Assembly (NCBI GenBank): GCA_002690595.1 | Contig: NZFI01000058.1 | Coordinates: 1 to 33,899, forward strand | Direction: 5' to 3' | DNA from: Rickettsiales bacterium | Lineage (GTDB): Bacteria; Pseudomonadota; Alphaproteobacteria; Methylaequorales; Methylaequoraceae | DNA: 33,899 nt | In this document: positions 1 to 10,057 of the stretch, in pieces | Numbering within the stretch: the first letter of the stretch is position 1 | Layout: every line of letters starts with the position of its first letter | Notes under the pieces: model-generated | What the model was told of the DNA's origin: nothing | What the model saw: the letters and a program-made list of their open reading frames with translations, nothing else | Database searches by the model: none | Made by a program: the position numbers and the translations under genes

Positions 1-975
1 TTGGCTTTTGGAATTGGAACAAGTGAAGTTGAACATGTGTTAGCTACTCAAACTCTTATACAAAAGCCTGCAAAAAATATGCGTATTATGATTGACGGAG
101 AAGTTAGTCTGGGCGTTACCTCAAAAGATATAATATTACAAATAATTGGTCAGATTGGTACAGCTGGAGGAACAGGATATGTTATTGAATATGCTGGTCA
201 GGCTATCAAAAATTTAAGTATGGAAGGTAGAATGACAATATGTAATATGAGCATAGAAGGAGGAGCTCGCGCTGGTTTAATAGCTCCTGACGAAAAAACT
301 TTCGATTATATCAAAGGAAGGCCTTTCGCACCAAAAAATGAAAATTGGAATAAGGCAATAAAATTTTGGAATTCATTACCCTCAGATATTGGAGCTTCAT
401 ATGATAAAGAAGTTACTATCAAAGCAAAAAATATTTCTCCTCAAGTTACTTGGGGTACAAGTCCTCAGGATGTTGTTCCGATTACTGGGAAAGTTCCAGA
501 TCCAAAAGATATTGATGATATTAAAAAACGAAAAGCTGTTGAACGTTCACTAGAATATATGGGTTTAAACGCGAATCAAAATATAAAGGATATAAAAATT
601 GATAAAGTTTTTATTGGATCTTGCACTAATGGAAGAATTGAAGATTTACGTGAAGTTGCAAAAGTTGTTGATGGTAAAAAGGTTACCGTAGATGCTATGA
701 TAGTTCCTGGTTCTGGTTTAGTTAAAGAACAAGCCGAAAGAGAAGGTTTGGATAAAATTTTAATTGAAGCTGGCTTTGATTGGCGTGAACCAGGATGTTC
801 AATGTGTTTGGCAATGAATCCAGACCAACTAAAACCTAAAGAAAGATGTGCTTCTACATCTAACAGAAATTTTGAAGGAAGACAAGGAAGAGAAGGTCGA
901 ACTCATCTTGTTAGTCCTGCAGTCGCTGCCGCATCAGCAATTCGAGGCAATATTTGTTTAGTTGAAGATTTATAA
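1..975 (+). CDS. leuC: 3-isopropylmalate dehydratase large subunit, C-terminal part (5' end lies outside the window)
   Basis: Aconitase-family motifs [22 protein letters not shown] and [10 protein letters not shown] are present. leuD and leuB follow directly. The ttg at position 1 is a frame artefact, not the real start. Confidence 0.95.
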   Translation: MAFGIGTSEVEHVLATQTLIQKPAKNMRIMIDGEVSLGVTSKDIILQIIGQIGTAGGTGYVIEYAGQAIKNLSMEGRMTICNMSIEGGARAGLIAPDEKTFDYIKGRPFAPKNENWNKAIKFWNSLPSDIGASYDKEVTIKAKNISPQVTWGTSPQDVVPITGKVPDPKDIDDIKKRKAVERSLEYMGLNANQNIKDIKIDKVFIGSCTNGRIEDLREVAKVVDGKKVTVDAMIVPGSGLVKEQAEREGLDKILIEAGFDWREPGCSMCLAMNPDQLKPKERCASTSNRNFEGRQGREGRTHLVSPAVAAASAIRGNICLVEDL

Positions 976-1575
976 ATGAAAAAATTTAAAAAAATTATAG
1001 GTATTGCGGCTCCACTTCCAATGATTAATGTTGATACTGATATGATTATTCCTAAACAATTTTTAAAAACTATTAAACGATCAGGTTTGGGTAAAAACTT
1101 ATTTCATGAACTAAGATATGATCTTAATGGGAATATACGAAATGATTTTATTTTAAATTGGGACCCATATAAAACAGCTTGTATTTTAATCACTGGAGAA
1201 AATTTTGGTTGTGGAAGTAGCAGAGAACATGCACCATGGTCTCTTCTTGATTTTGGCTTTAAATGTATAATTGCCCCCAGTTTTGCTGATATTTTTTATA
1301 ATAATTGCTTTAAAAATGGAATCTTACCAATTAAATTAGATCAAAAAAAAATTGATTATTTAATTAATGTTGCTGAAAATAAAAAGTTGCTTACAGTTGA
1401 TTTAGAAAAACAAACTATTATCGATGAGAGTAAAAAAATAATAAATTTCGAAATAGATTCTTTTAGGAAAAAATGTTTATTAGAAGGTTTGGACGATATA
1501 GCTTTAACTCTTAAAAAAAGTAAGGATATTGATATCTATGAAAAAAAAACTAAAAAAATGAATCCTTGGTTATGA
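976..1575 (+). CDS. leuD: 3-isopropylmalate dehydratase small subunit
   Basis: Swivel-domain motif [15 protein letters not shown] is present. The ATG immediately follows the leuC TAA (973-975). Confidence 0.95.
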   Translation: MKKFKKIIGIAAPLPMINVDTDMIIPKQFLKTIKRSGLGKNLFHELRYDLNGNIRNDFILNWDPYKTACILITGENFGCGSSREHAPWSLLDFGFKCIIAPSFADIFYNNCFKNGILPIKLDQKKIDYLINVAENKKLLTVDLEKQTIIDESKKIINFEIDSFRKKCLLEGLDDIALTLKKSKDIDIYEKKTKKMNPWL

Positions 1576-1588
1576 AATTTAAATAAAA

Positions 1589-2701
1589 ATGGGGAAAAAA
1601 TATAAATTATTATTACTGCCTGGTGATGGAATTGGAAAAGAAATTGCCAGAGAGTCTGAAAAAGTGTTTCAATGGTTGGAAACAAATTCTGATCTCAGCT
1701 TTGAAATTTCAAATTGCCTTGTTGGTGGAGAATCAATAGATGCCTTCGATGAGCCATTAACAGATAATGTTTTAGACATTGCACACAATAGTGATGCAAT
1801 TTTACTCGGAGCTGTGGGTGGTCCTAAGTGGGAAGACTTACCATTTGAAAAAAGACCAGAAAGAGGCTTGTTAAAAATAAGAAAGGAGCTTGATTTATTT
1901 GCTAATTTCAGACCTGCAATTGTATTTGATGCTTTAAAATCATCATCTAGCTTAAAAGAAGATTTAATTGCTGGGCTTGACATTATGATAATAAGAGAAT
2001 TGACAAGTGGAATATATTTTGGTGAGCCAAGAGGAATAAAAAAGATATCAGAGAAAATAAAAAAAGGTTTTAATACACTATCTTATACAACTGATGAAAT
2101 TGAAAGAATCGCTATAATAGGTTTTGAAACTGCTATGAAAAGGTCAAAAAAATTATGTTCTGTTGACAAGGCTAATGTTCTTGAATCTACAGAATTGTGG
2201 AGAGAGACGGTAATAAATGTATCTAAAAATTATCCATCAGTAGAACTAAAGCATATTTATGTAGATAATGCTTCAATGCAATTAGTTAGAGAGCCAAGGC
2301 AATTTGATGTTATAGTAACAACAAATATGTTTGGAGATATTTTATCTGATTGTGCCTCAATGTTAACTGGATCCCTTGGTATGCTTCCTTCTGCATCATT
2401 AGGTCATATAAATAAAAAAACTAAAAAAGTTAAGGCTATGTATGAACCTGTTCATGGTTCTGCTCCAGATATTGCTGGAAAAAATATAGCTAACCCTTTG
2501 GCAATGATTCAGAGCGTGGGAATGATGTTAGAATATTCATTTAAAGAAAAAAAATATAATGATTTAATTAAAAGAGCAATAAACAATGTTCTTACAAAAG
2601 GATATCGAACTGCAGACATTGCAAATAATTCAGAAAATGTAATCGGAACCTCTGAAATGGGTGATATTCTTATAAATGAACTAAATAATTTTAAATTATG
2701 A
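1589..2701 (+). CDS. leuB: 3-isopropylmalate dehydrogenase
   Basis: Motifs LLPGDGIGKE, NMFGDILSD and EPVHGSAPDIAGK are present. Length is 370 aa and the gene sits in leu context. Confidence 0.95.
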   Translation: MGKKYKLLLLPGDGIGKEIARESEKVFQWLETNSDLSFEISNCLVGGESIDAFDEPLTDNVLDIAHNSDAILLGAVGGPKWEDLPFEKRPERGLLKIRKELDLFANFRPAIVFDALKSSSSLKEDLIAGLDIMIIRELTSGIYFGEPRGIKKISEKIKKGFNTLSYTTDEIERIAIIGFETAMKRSKKLCSVDKANVLESTELWRETVINVSKNYPSVELKHIYVDNASMQLVREPRQFDVIVTTNMFGDILSDCASMLTGSLGMLPSASLGHINKKTKKVKAMYEPVHGSAPDIAGKNIANPLAMIQSVGMMLEYSFKEKKYNDLIKRAINNVLTKGYRTADIANNSENVIGTSEMGDILINELNNFKL

Positions 2702-3714
2702 AAAAATTTAATCTAGCAATTGTTGGAGCAACAGGAAATGTAGGAAGAGAGATTTTGAATATTTTAATTCAAAGGAAATTTCCTTATAATAAAATATTTG
2801 CTCTTGCATCAAAAAAATCGGAGGGTGCTGATATAAATATTGATGAAAAAAAAACATTAAAGGTTGAAAATTTAGAAAACTTTGATTTTAAAAAAGTTGA
2901 AATAGTTTTATCTTCAGCAGGTTCAAAAGTTTCCAAAAGTTTCGTGCCAATTGCAACAAAGTCAAATGCAGTAGTGATTGATAATACTTCTTTATATAGA
3001 ATGCACAAAGATATTCCTCTAATAATTCCCGAAGTTAATCCAAAAGAAATTGCAAAATATAAAAAAAAAAAAATTATTGCAAATCCTAACTGTTCAACTA
3101 TCCAAATGCTTATGGCTTTAAAACCATTACACGATAAATTCACAATAAAAAGAATTATTGTTTCAACCTATCAATCAACTTCTGGTGCTGGAAAAACTGC
3201 GATGGACGAATTATTTCATCAAACTTTAAACGTATATAAAAACAAACCTCTGAAAAATGATTTCTTTACAAAAAATATTGCTTTTAATGTTATTCCACAT
3301 ATTGATAAATTCCTAGATAATGGACAAACAAAAGAAGAATGGAAGATGGTAGAAGAAACAAAAAAAATTCTAGATCGCAATATAAGCATCTTTTCAACAT
3401 GCGTGAGAGTTCCAGTTTTTATTGGTCACGCTGAATCCGTAAATATTGAAACAATAAAGCCAATTGATGAAAAAAAAGCAACAGCATGTTTAAAAAAATT
3501 TCCTGGAGTTTCCGTAGTTGACCACAGGAAAGATGGAGGTTATGTAACACCTGAAGAGACTTCTGGAGAAGATTATGTATATGTTAGTCGAATTAGAAAA
3601 GATTCAAGTGTAAAAAATGGTTTGGGACTTTGGATTGCAGCAGATAATTTAAGAAAAGGTGCAGCTTTAAATAGTGTGCAAATTGCAGAAGAATTAATTA
3701 AAAACCACTTGTAA
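2698..3714 (+). CDS. asd: aspartate-semialdehyde dehydrogenase
   Basis: N-terminal Rossmann motif IVGATGNVGRE and active-site ANPNCSTIQ are present, and the protein is 338 aa. It has an ATGA overlap with the leuB stop (2698-2701). Confidence 0.93.
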   Translation: MKKFNLAIVGATGNVGREILNILIQRKFPYNKIFALASKKSEGADINIDEKKTLKVENLENFDFKKVEIVLSSAGSKVSKSFVPIATKSNAVVIDNTSLYRMHKDIPLIIPEVNPKEIAKYKKKKIIANPNCSTIQMLMALKPLHDKFTIKRIIVSTYQSTSGAGKTAMDELFHQTLNVYKNKPLKNDFFTKNIAFNVIPHIDKFLDNGQTKEEWKMVEETKKILDRNISIFSTCVRVPVFIGHAESVNIETIKPIDEKKATACLKKFPGVSVVDHRKDGGYVTPEETSGEDYVYVSRIRKDSSVKNGLGLWIAADNLRKGAALNSVQIAEELIKNHL

Positions 3715-3716
3715 AA

Positions 3717-4748
3717 ATGAAAAATTTTAAAAGTAGATATTTTGAGGACTATTTATTAGACGAAACCATAACTCATAGTGTTCCAAGAACAATAACAGAT
3801 GGAGATGTTTCAGTTTATTTAGCCACAACTGGAAGTAGGTTTGCTTTAAATTATTCTAAAGAATTTTCAAAAGCATTAGGTTTTGAGTCAATGCCAGTTG
3901 ATGATATCTTAGTTTTTCATCTCATTTTTGGTAGAACAGTTCCAGACCTCTCATTAAATGCAATTGCAAATTTAGGATATGCAGGTGTTAAATTTTTAAA
4001 GCCAGTTTTTATAGGTGATACGGTTAGCGCTGAATCAAAGATAATTGGATTAAAGGAAAACTCTAATGGTAAGACTGGAACTGTCTATGTTGAATCTGTA
4101 GGTAAAAATCAAAAAGGGGAAGTAGTACTTACTTATTTCAGATGGCTAATGATGAGAAAAAAAAGTGAGAAATCAGGCTTAACTGAGAAGGTTATTCCAC
4201 AACTACCAAATCATGTTCCTAACTCAGAATTCACTTACCAAAAAGATCTAAATTTGTCGTCATGGAACACAAATATTACAGGAAGTGATGCATTTTATGA
4301 TGACTACAAAGAAGGGGAAGAAATAGATCATCTTGACGGACAAACAATTGAAGAAGCTGAACATCAATTAGCTACGAGATTATATCAAAATAATGCTAGA
4401 GTTCACTTTAATCAGCATGTAGAGGAAAAAGGTAGATTTGGTAAAAGGATTATTTATGGTGGATATATTATTTCTTTGGCTAGAGCAATAAGTTGTAACG
4501 GCTTTGCAAATAGTATTAAAATTGCTGCAATTCATTCTGGCAAACATTCAGCTCCAACTTTTGCAGGAGATACTATTTACGCATGGTCTAAAGTATTAGA
4601 AAAAGAGAAAATAAATAATAACATAGGATCCTTAAAAGTAAGAACACTTGCCTCAAAAAATAATAGCAATATGTCTTTTCCTGATGAAAAATTGCCAGAT
4701 AATATCGTATTAGATATAGTCTATTCCATATTATTACCAATAAAATAA
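3717..4748 (+). CDS. MaoC-family double hot-dog (R)-specific enoyl/acyl-CoA hydratase, substrate unknown (mesaconyl-CoA-hydratase-like size and architecture)
   Basis: The 343-aa protein has two hot-dog-like halves. The second half carries a hydratase-like segment, ATRLYQNNARVHFNQH...GKRIIYGG. The first half is degenerate (TTGSRFALNYSKEF). Family assignment is from pattern recognition only. Confidence 0.7.
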   Translation: MKNFKSRYFEDYLLDETITHSVPRTITDGDVSVYLATTGSRFALNYSKEFSKALGFESMPVDDILVFHLIFGRTVPDLSLNAIANLGYAGVKFLKPVFIGDTVSAESKIIGLKENSNGKTGTVYVESVGKNQKGEVVLTYFRWLMMRKKSEKSGLTEKVIPQLPNHVPNSEFTYQKDLNLSSWNTNITGSDAFYDDYKEGEEIDHLDGQTIEEAEHQLATRLYQNNARVHFNQHVEEKGRFGKRIIYGGYIISLARAISCNGFANSIKIAAIHSGKHSAPTFAGDTIYAWSKVLEKEKINNNIGSLKVRTLASKNNSNMSFPDEKLPDNIVLDIVYSILLPIK

Positions 4749-4753
4749 ATTTA

Positions 4754-5134
4754 GTGAAAAATAATAAATTACCTCTATCCCCACACTTACAGATTTATAA
4801 ACCTCAAATAACTTCCGTATTGTCAATCACACATAGAATTACTGGTTTTTGCTTAAGCTTAACATTCCCATTGTATTTAATATGGCTTGGGTGTATTTTT
4901 GGAGGAGAGGTACCCTATTCATTATTAATAAAAGTTTATTCATCTAATTTGGCAAAAATATTTTTTATTCTAATAATCTATGGCTTTTTATATCATATGC
5001 TCAATGGCATAAGGCATATTATCTGGGATTTAGGGTATGGATTATCTATCAGATTTTCTTCAATCTCAGGTATTGTAATTATTCTCTTATCTCTAATCTC
5101 AACAACAATAATAAGTTTTAAATTTTTATCATGA
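4754..5134 (+). CDS. sdhC: succinate dehydrogenase cytochrome b556 subunit
   Basis: LSPHLQIYKPQ...SITHRITG and HMLNGIRHIIWD are present, with three hydrophobic helices. The start is GTG. The gene precedes sdhDAB. Confidence 0.92.
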   Translation: MKNNKLPLSPHLQIYKPQITSVLSITHRITGFCLSLTFPLYLIWLGCIFGGEVPYSLLIKVYSSNLAKIFFILIIYGFLYHMLNGIRHIIWDLGYGLSIRFSSISGIVIILLSLISTTIISFKFLS

Positions 5135-5463
5135 TATTTAAAATACCAGAAAAATTTTTATGGGCACTTCAAAGGTTAAGCGCATTATTTCTTTTGTTGT
5201 TTTTTATTTGGTTTATTATATCAATTTATAATGTTGAACTTCAAAGCTATTCTGAAACATTAAAATGGATTAAAACTGATTATAATTCATTATTATTATT
5301 TTTATTTTCTGTTACAATAGTTTTACACGCTAATCTCGGTTTATCAGTTATTATTGATGATTACGTTCATGCGACAAATTATAAGAAATTTTTTTACTTT
5401 ATAAAAAGTATTTTAGTTCTTTTTTGTATGCTCTTTTCAGGAATTTGTTTGTATTTCATCTAA
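5131..5463 (+). CDS. sdhD: succinate dehydrogenase hydrophobic membrane anchor subunit
   Basis: A 110-aa protein with three hydrophobic helices and VLHANLGLSVIIDDY (heme-ligand His region). It has an ATGA overlap with the sdhC stop. Confidence 0.88.
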   Translation: MIFKIPEKFLWALQRLSALFLLLFFIWFIISIYNVELQSYSETLKWIKTDYNSLLLFLFSVTIVLHANLGLSVIIDDYVHATNYKKFFYFIKSILVLFCMLFSGICLYFI

Positions 5464-5484
5464 AATTTCCAATATATTTAGATT

Positions 5485-7260
5485 ATGAAAATTGTAAATA
5501 AAGATTTTGATGTAATTATTATTGGCGCAGGTGGATCAGGTCTGAGGGCCACAATGGGTTGTGCCGCCGCAAATTTAAAAACGGCATGTATCACCAAAGT
5601 TTTTCCAACGAGAAGCCATACCGTTGCTGCTCAAGGGGGTATAAGTGCTGCCTTGGGAAATATGGGTGAAGACGATTGGAAATGGCATATGTATGATACT
5701 GTGAAAGGTTCAGATTGGTTGGGCGATCAAGATGCTATTGCTTTCATGTGTAAAGAAGCACCAGAAGCTGTTATAGAACTAGAAAATTATGGTGTACCAT
5801 TTTCACGAACTGAAAACGGTAAAATTTATCAAAGACCCTTTGGAGGTATGACTACTCATTTTGGTGAAGGAACTGCACAAAGAACTTGTGCAGCTGCAGA
5901 TAGAACTGGACATGCTATGCTGCATACTCTTTATCAACAGTCTTTATCCTATGAGGCTGAATTTTTTATTGAATATTATGTTCTAGATTTAATAATGAAT
6001 GAAGAAAAAGAATGCTGTGGTGTTTTAGCTTGGAGTTTACATGATGGAAAAATTTATAGTTTCAGCTCTAAAATGGTTATTTTAGCAACTGGTGGTTATG
6101 GAAGGGCATATTATTCTTGTACTTCAGCTCATACTTGTACTGGAGATGGTGGTGGCATGGCATTGAGAGCAGGTTTACCTCTACAAGATATGGAATTTAC
6201 CCAATTTCATCCTACAGGTATTTATGGAGCCGGAGTTCTTATTACAGAAGGTGCTAGAGGTGAAGGTGGCTATCTAACTAACAGAAATGGTGAGAGGTTT
6301 ATGGAAAGATACGCACCAAACGCTAAAGATTTAGCTAGTAGAGATGTAGTTTCTCGGTCGATGACTACAGAAATAATGGAAGGAAGAGGTTGCGGACCAA
6401 AAAAAGATCATATTCACCTAAATTTGAGTCATCTTGATAAAAAAATATTGAATGAAAAACTTCCGGGTATAACCGAATCAGCAAAAGTTTTTGCTGGTAT
6501 AGATGTAACAAAAAAACCAATACCAGTTCAACCGACAGTTCATTACAATATGGGAGGAATTCCAACAAATATTCATGGAGAAGTACTTACTTCAAAAAAA
6601 GGAAGTGACAATGTAGTTAAAGGGTTAATGTCTATTGGAGAAGCTGCTTGTGTATCAGTCCATGGTGCAAATAGGCTTGGTTCAAATTCATTACTTGATT
6701 TGGTAGTTTTTGGCAGATCAGCTGCTAAAAGGTGCTCTGAAATCATTGATCCTAAAAAAAAAAATAAGCCGATAAAAAAAGAAATTCTTGATAAATTAAT
6801 TCAAAGATTTGAAAAAATTAGAGAATCTAAAGGAAATTTTTCAGTATCTAAGTTAAGATTAGAAATGCAGCATACTATGCAGAATTATTGTCCTGTATAC
6901 AGAAGTGGTGAAGTAATGACTAAAGGTAAATCTTTATTACTTAAAATCCTAAAAAATCTTGATAATATAAAAATATCAGACAAATCTTTAATATGGAATA
7001 CAGAAATAGTTGAAGCTTTAGAATTACATAATCTTATCATTCAAGCACTTGCAAGTATAGAATCTGCTCTAAAAAGAACTGAAAGCAGAGGTGCACATTC
7101 AAGAATTGATTACAAATTAAGAAATGATAAGAGTTGGTTAAAACATAACTTAGTATGGACAAAAAATAATGGTGTAAGTAAATTTGATTTTAGACCAGTT
7201 CAATTAAAAACAAAAAACAAAGAAATAGATACTATTGCTCCAAAAGCAAGAGTATATTAG
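5485..7260 (+). CDS. sdhA: succinate dehydrogenase flavoprotein subunit
   Basis: FAD-binding motif [11 protein letters not shown] and [11 protein letters not shown] (covalent-FAD His) are present, along with HPTG and [17 protein letters not shown]. Length is 591 aa. Confidence 0.97.
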   Translation: MKIVNKDFDVIIIGAGGSGLRATMGCAAANLKTACITKVFPTRSHTVAAQGGISAALGNMGEDDWKWHMYDTVKGSDWLGDQDAIAFMCKEAPEAVIELENYGVPFSRTENGKIYQRPFGGMTTHFGEGTAQRTCAAADRTGHAMLHTLYQQSLSYEAEFFIEYYVLDLIMNEEKECCGVLAWSLHDGKIYSFSSKMVILATGGYGRAYYSCTSAHTCTGDGGGMALRAGLPLQDMEFTQFHPTGIYGAGVLITEGARGEGGYLTNRNGERFMERYAPNAKDLASRDVVSRSMTTEIMEGRGCGPKKDHIHLNLSHLDKKILNEKLPGITESAKVFAGIDVTKKPIPVQPTVHYNMGGIPTNIHGEVLTSKKGSDNVVKGLMSIGEAACVSVHGANRLGSNSLLDLVVFGRSAAKRCSEIIDPKKKNKPIKKEILDKLIQRFEKIRESKGNFSVSKLRLEMQHTMQNYCPVYRSGEVMTKGKSLLLKILKNLDNIKISDKSLIWNTEIVEALELHNLIIQALASIESALKRTESRGAHSRIDYKLRNDKSWLKHNLVWTKNNGVSKFDFRPVQLKTKNKEIDTIAPKARVY

Positions 7261-7269
7261 GAAAAAAAT

Positions 7270-8043
7270 ATGGTAGAATTTGCACTCCCTCAAAACTCAA
7301 AAATAATTGAAGGTAAAACTTTTAAAAAAAATAAAAATTCCAAAAATCTCAAACTAATTGAGATTTATAGGTGGGAACGTGATTCTGGAAAAAAACCAAG
7401 AATAGATAGATTTTATATAAATACGAATGATTGTGGTCCCATGATGCTTGATGCTCTTATATATATTAAAAATGAATTAGATCCAACATTAACATTTAGA
7501 AGATCTTGCAGAGAAGGTATATGTGGTTCATGTTCAATGAATATTAATGGAACAAATAGTTTGGCTTGCCTAGAACCAATAGAAAAAAATACAAAAACAG
7601 TTAAAATTTTTCCGCTTCCACATATGAAAGTGATCAAAGATTTAGTACCAGACCTTAACGAATTTTTTGAACAATATAAATCAATCAAACCTTGGCTAAG
7701 ACCAAAATCAAAAAGTATTGGAAAGGAAACACTTCAATCACCTGAAGATAGAAAAAAATTAGATGGATTATATGAATGTGTATTATGTGCTTGTTGTTCA
7801 ACATCATGTCCAAGTTATTGGTGGAATGGTGATAAATTTTTAGGGCCAGCTATTTTACTACAAGCTTATAGATTTATTGTTGATAGCCGTGACAAAGATA
7901 AAAAAGAAAGAATAGAAATGCTTAATGATGCATTTAAACTTTACAGATGTCATACAATAATGAATTGTACTAAAACTTGTCCAAAAGGTCTAAATCCAGC
8001 AAAAGCAATTTCTGAAATAAAAAAACTTCAAATGTCTACTTAA
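7270..8043 (+). CDS. sdhB: succinate dehydrogenase iron-sulfur subunit
   Basis: Three Cys clusters are present: [33 protein letters not shown] and [12 protein letters not shown]. Confidence 0.97.
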   Translation: MVEFALPQNSKIIEGKTFKKNKNSKNLKLIEIYRWERDSGKKPRIDRFYINTNDCGPMMLDALIYIKNELDPTLTFRRSCREGICGSCSMNINGTNSLACLEPIEKNTKTVKIFPLPHMKVIKDLVPDLNEFFEQYKSIKPWLRPKSKSIGKETLQSPEDRKKLDGLYECVLCACCSTSCPSYWWNGDKFLGPAILLQAYRFIVDSRDKDKKERIEMLNDAFKLYRCHTIMNCTKTCPKGLNPAKAISEIKKLQMST

Positions 8044-8049
8044 TTTAAT

Positions 8050-9093
8050 GTGAAAGAACTTAATAAAAAAGTATTAAAATATCTTAAAGATAATTTCTTA
8101 ATTAAACCAGACAATGAACAAAAAGTTGTTTTAAACTCTATTGAAAATGTACTCAAAAAAAATCTTTTTAGCTTTAGAATAAATAAATTTTTCAGAAGAT
8201 CTTACCATGGAATTTTTTTGTGGGGAAATGTTGGTTCAGGAAAGTCGGTTATAGCCGAAGCTATCGACAAAATTCTTCCCAAAAATTTTTCTGTAATATT
8301 TCATTTTAACAAATTTATTACTCTTATTCAAAATAAGAAAAATTCGGAATTAGAAAAATCAGAGAAAATATTTAAAAATCGTTTAATTATTATTGATGAA
8401 CTTCAAATTAATAATTTAGCAGATGCCATTTTAATTTTTAATTTTTTAGAAGAAGCTATAAAAAAAAATATTTTTGTCATTTTTACTTCTAACAAAGCTC
8501 CTAATAAATTATATAAAAGCATAATACAAAAAAAACTTTTAGAAAAACTTTCTAATTTTTTTTTAAAAAACTTTTTTATCTTAGAGTTTAAATCTAACAT
8601 TGATTATAGATTAGGGCGTGCAAGAGGAAATCATTATTTTTTTTTCAACCTAAATGATAATAATAAAAAACAAAATGTATTGAGAAAAAAATTAATTGGT
8701 AATGAAAAAATTATACCTACCAAAATTATTAAAGATAAGAAAATAGAATTAAAATTAAGCGAATCTAAAAATTTAATAGATTGTACGTTTGATGAAATAT
8801 GTGGTTCAAACTTAGGTAACAGTGATTACGAATTTATATGTAATAATTTTGATCTAATAATTATAAGGAATATTCCATTATTGAATGAAGACAGAAAAGA
8901 TCTTATTGCAAGGTTCATTTCACTTATAGATAATATATATGAAAAAAAAAACTTCTTATCCATTTCTTCTTCTTATCCATTAACTAAAATTTTTTGTGCA
9001 AAAACTAAAAAGTATGAATTTAAAAGGACCTACTCAAGATTAATGGAAATTGGATCAAAAAGTTATATATCTAATGTATTAGAAAAAAGTTAA
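8050..9093 (+). CDS. zapE: AFG1/ZapE-family P-loop ATPase
   Basis: Walker A GNVGSGKS, Walker B LIIIDELQ, 347 aa, GTG start. An AFG1-like ATPase near TCA-cycle operons is a typical alphaproteobacterial arrangement. Confidence 0.8.
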   Translation: MKELNKKVLKYLKDNFLIKPDNEQKVVLNSIENVLKKNLFSFRINKFFRRSYHGIFLWGNVGSGKSVIAEAIDKILPKNFSVIFHFNKFITLIQNKKNSELEKSEKIFKNRLIIIDELQINNLADAILIFNFLEEAIKKNIFVIFTSNKAPNKLYKSIIQKKLLEKLSNFFLKNFFILEFKSNIDYRLGRARGNHYFFFNLNDNNKKQNVLRKKLIGNEKIIPTKIIKDKKIELKLSESKNLIDCTFDEICGSNLGNSDYEFICNNFDLIIIRNIPLLNEDRKDLIARFISLIDNIYEKKNFLSISSSYPLTKIFCAKTKKYEFKRTYSRLMEIGSKSYISNVLEKS

Positions 9094-9129
9094 AAATATA
9101 GTAAGTTAAACTTAATAAATATAAAAATA

Positions 9130-10050
9130 ATGCACTTAGAAGATAAAATTATCTCTCTTAAAAAACAAAAAAATGCGGTTATTCTTGCGCATTATTATCA
9201 AGATGAAGAAATTCAAGATATAGCTGACTATGTTGGAGACTCTCTGGACTTATCAAAAAAAGCAAAAAATACAAATTGTAGTACTATTGTATTTTGTGGA
9301 GTTAAATTTATGGCTGAAGTAGCAAAAATACTTAATCCCAAAAGGAATGTCATTCTTCCTGATCTAAATGCAGGATGCTCATTAGAAGAATCATGTCAAC
9401 CAAATAGGTTTAGTGATTTTAGAAAAAATTATCCAGAGCATATTGTTATTTCATACATTAATTGTTCTGCTGAAATTAAAGCTCTCTCTGACATAATAGT
9501 GACCTCATCTAATGCAAAAAAAATAATTGATCAATTGCCCAAGAAACAGAAAATTATATTTGCACCTGACCAACATTTAGGTGGTTATTTAAATAAAATA
9601 ACTGGAAGAAATATGGTTTTATGGCCAGGCTCATGTATTGTTCATGAAACTTTTTCAGAGAAAGAAATTATTAAGCTAAAAGTTAGACATGCTAATTCAG
9701 AATTAATAGCACATCCCGAATGTCCAGAGAGGATTCTTAACCATGCTGATCATATAGGTTCTACTTCTTCATTATTAAAATATGTCGTAACTAGTGAATC
9801 TAAAAAATTTATTATTGCCACAGAATCTCACATAATTCATCAAATGAAAAAAAATGCTCCAGATAAAGAATTTATAGCTGCTCCGATTAATGATGGGAAG
9901 TGTTCTTGTTCTACCTGTCCATATATGGAATTAAATACAATGGAAAAATTATATGAATGTCTTGAAAATGAGAACCCAACTATTTCAATAAACTCAGATT
10001 TAATAAATAACGCAAAAAAACCCTTGATCAGAATGCTAGAAATGAGTTGA
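9130..10050 (+). CDS. nadA: quinolinate synthase
   Basis: Motifs ILAHYYQ, FCGVKFMAE, AHPECP and CSTCPYM are present. Length is 306 aa (short-type NadA). Confidence 0.93.
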   Translation: MHLEDKIISLKKQKNAVILAHYYQDEEIQDIADYVGDSLDLSKKAKNTNCSTIVFCGVKFMAEVAKILNPKRNVILPDLNAGCSLEESCQPNRFSDFRKNYPEHIVISYINCSAEIKALSDIIVTSSNAKKIIDQLPKKQKIIFAPDQHLGGYLNKITGRNMVLWPGSCIVHETFSEKEIIKLKVRHANSELIAHPECPERILNHADHIGSTSSLLKYVVTSESKKFIIATESHIIHQMKKNAPDKEFIAAPINDGKCSCSTCPYMELNTMEKLYECLENENPTISINSDLINNAKKPLIRMLEMS

Positions 10051-10057
10051 GGTTTTT

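Noticed and set aside
1-3. A TTG at position 1, shown as the start of the first ORF
   Set aside because: The 324-aa product corresponds only to the C-terminal portion of LeuC. The N-terminal domains of the aconitase fold are missing, so the gene is truncated by the window edge and this is not a real start.
9094-9129. TAAGTT-A-AACTTA inverted repeat downstream of zapE as a terminator
   Set aside because: A one-nucleotide loop makes the full stem impossible. The feasible version is a 4-bp A/T-rich stem, which is too weak to call.
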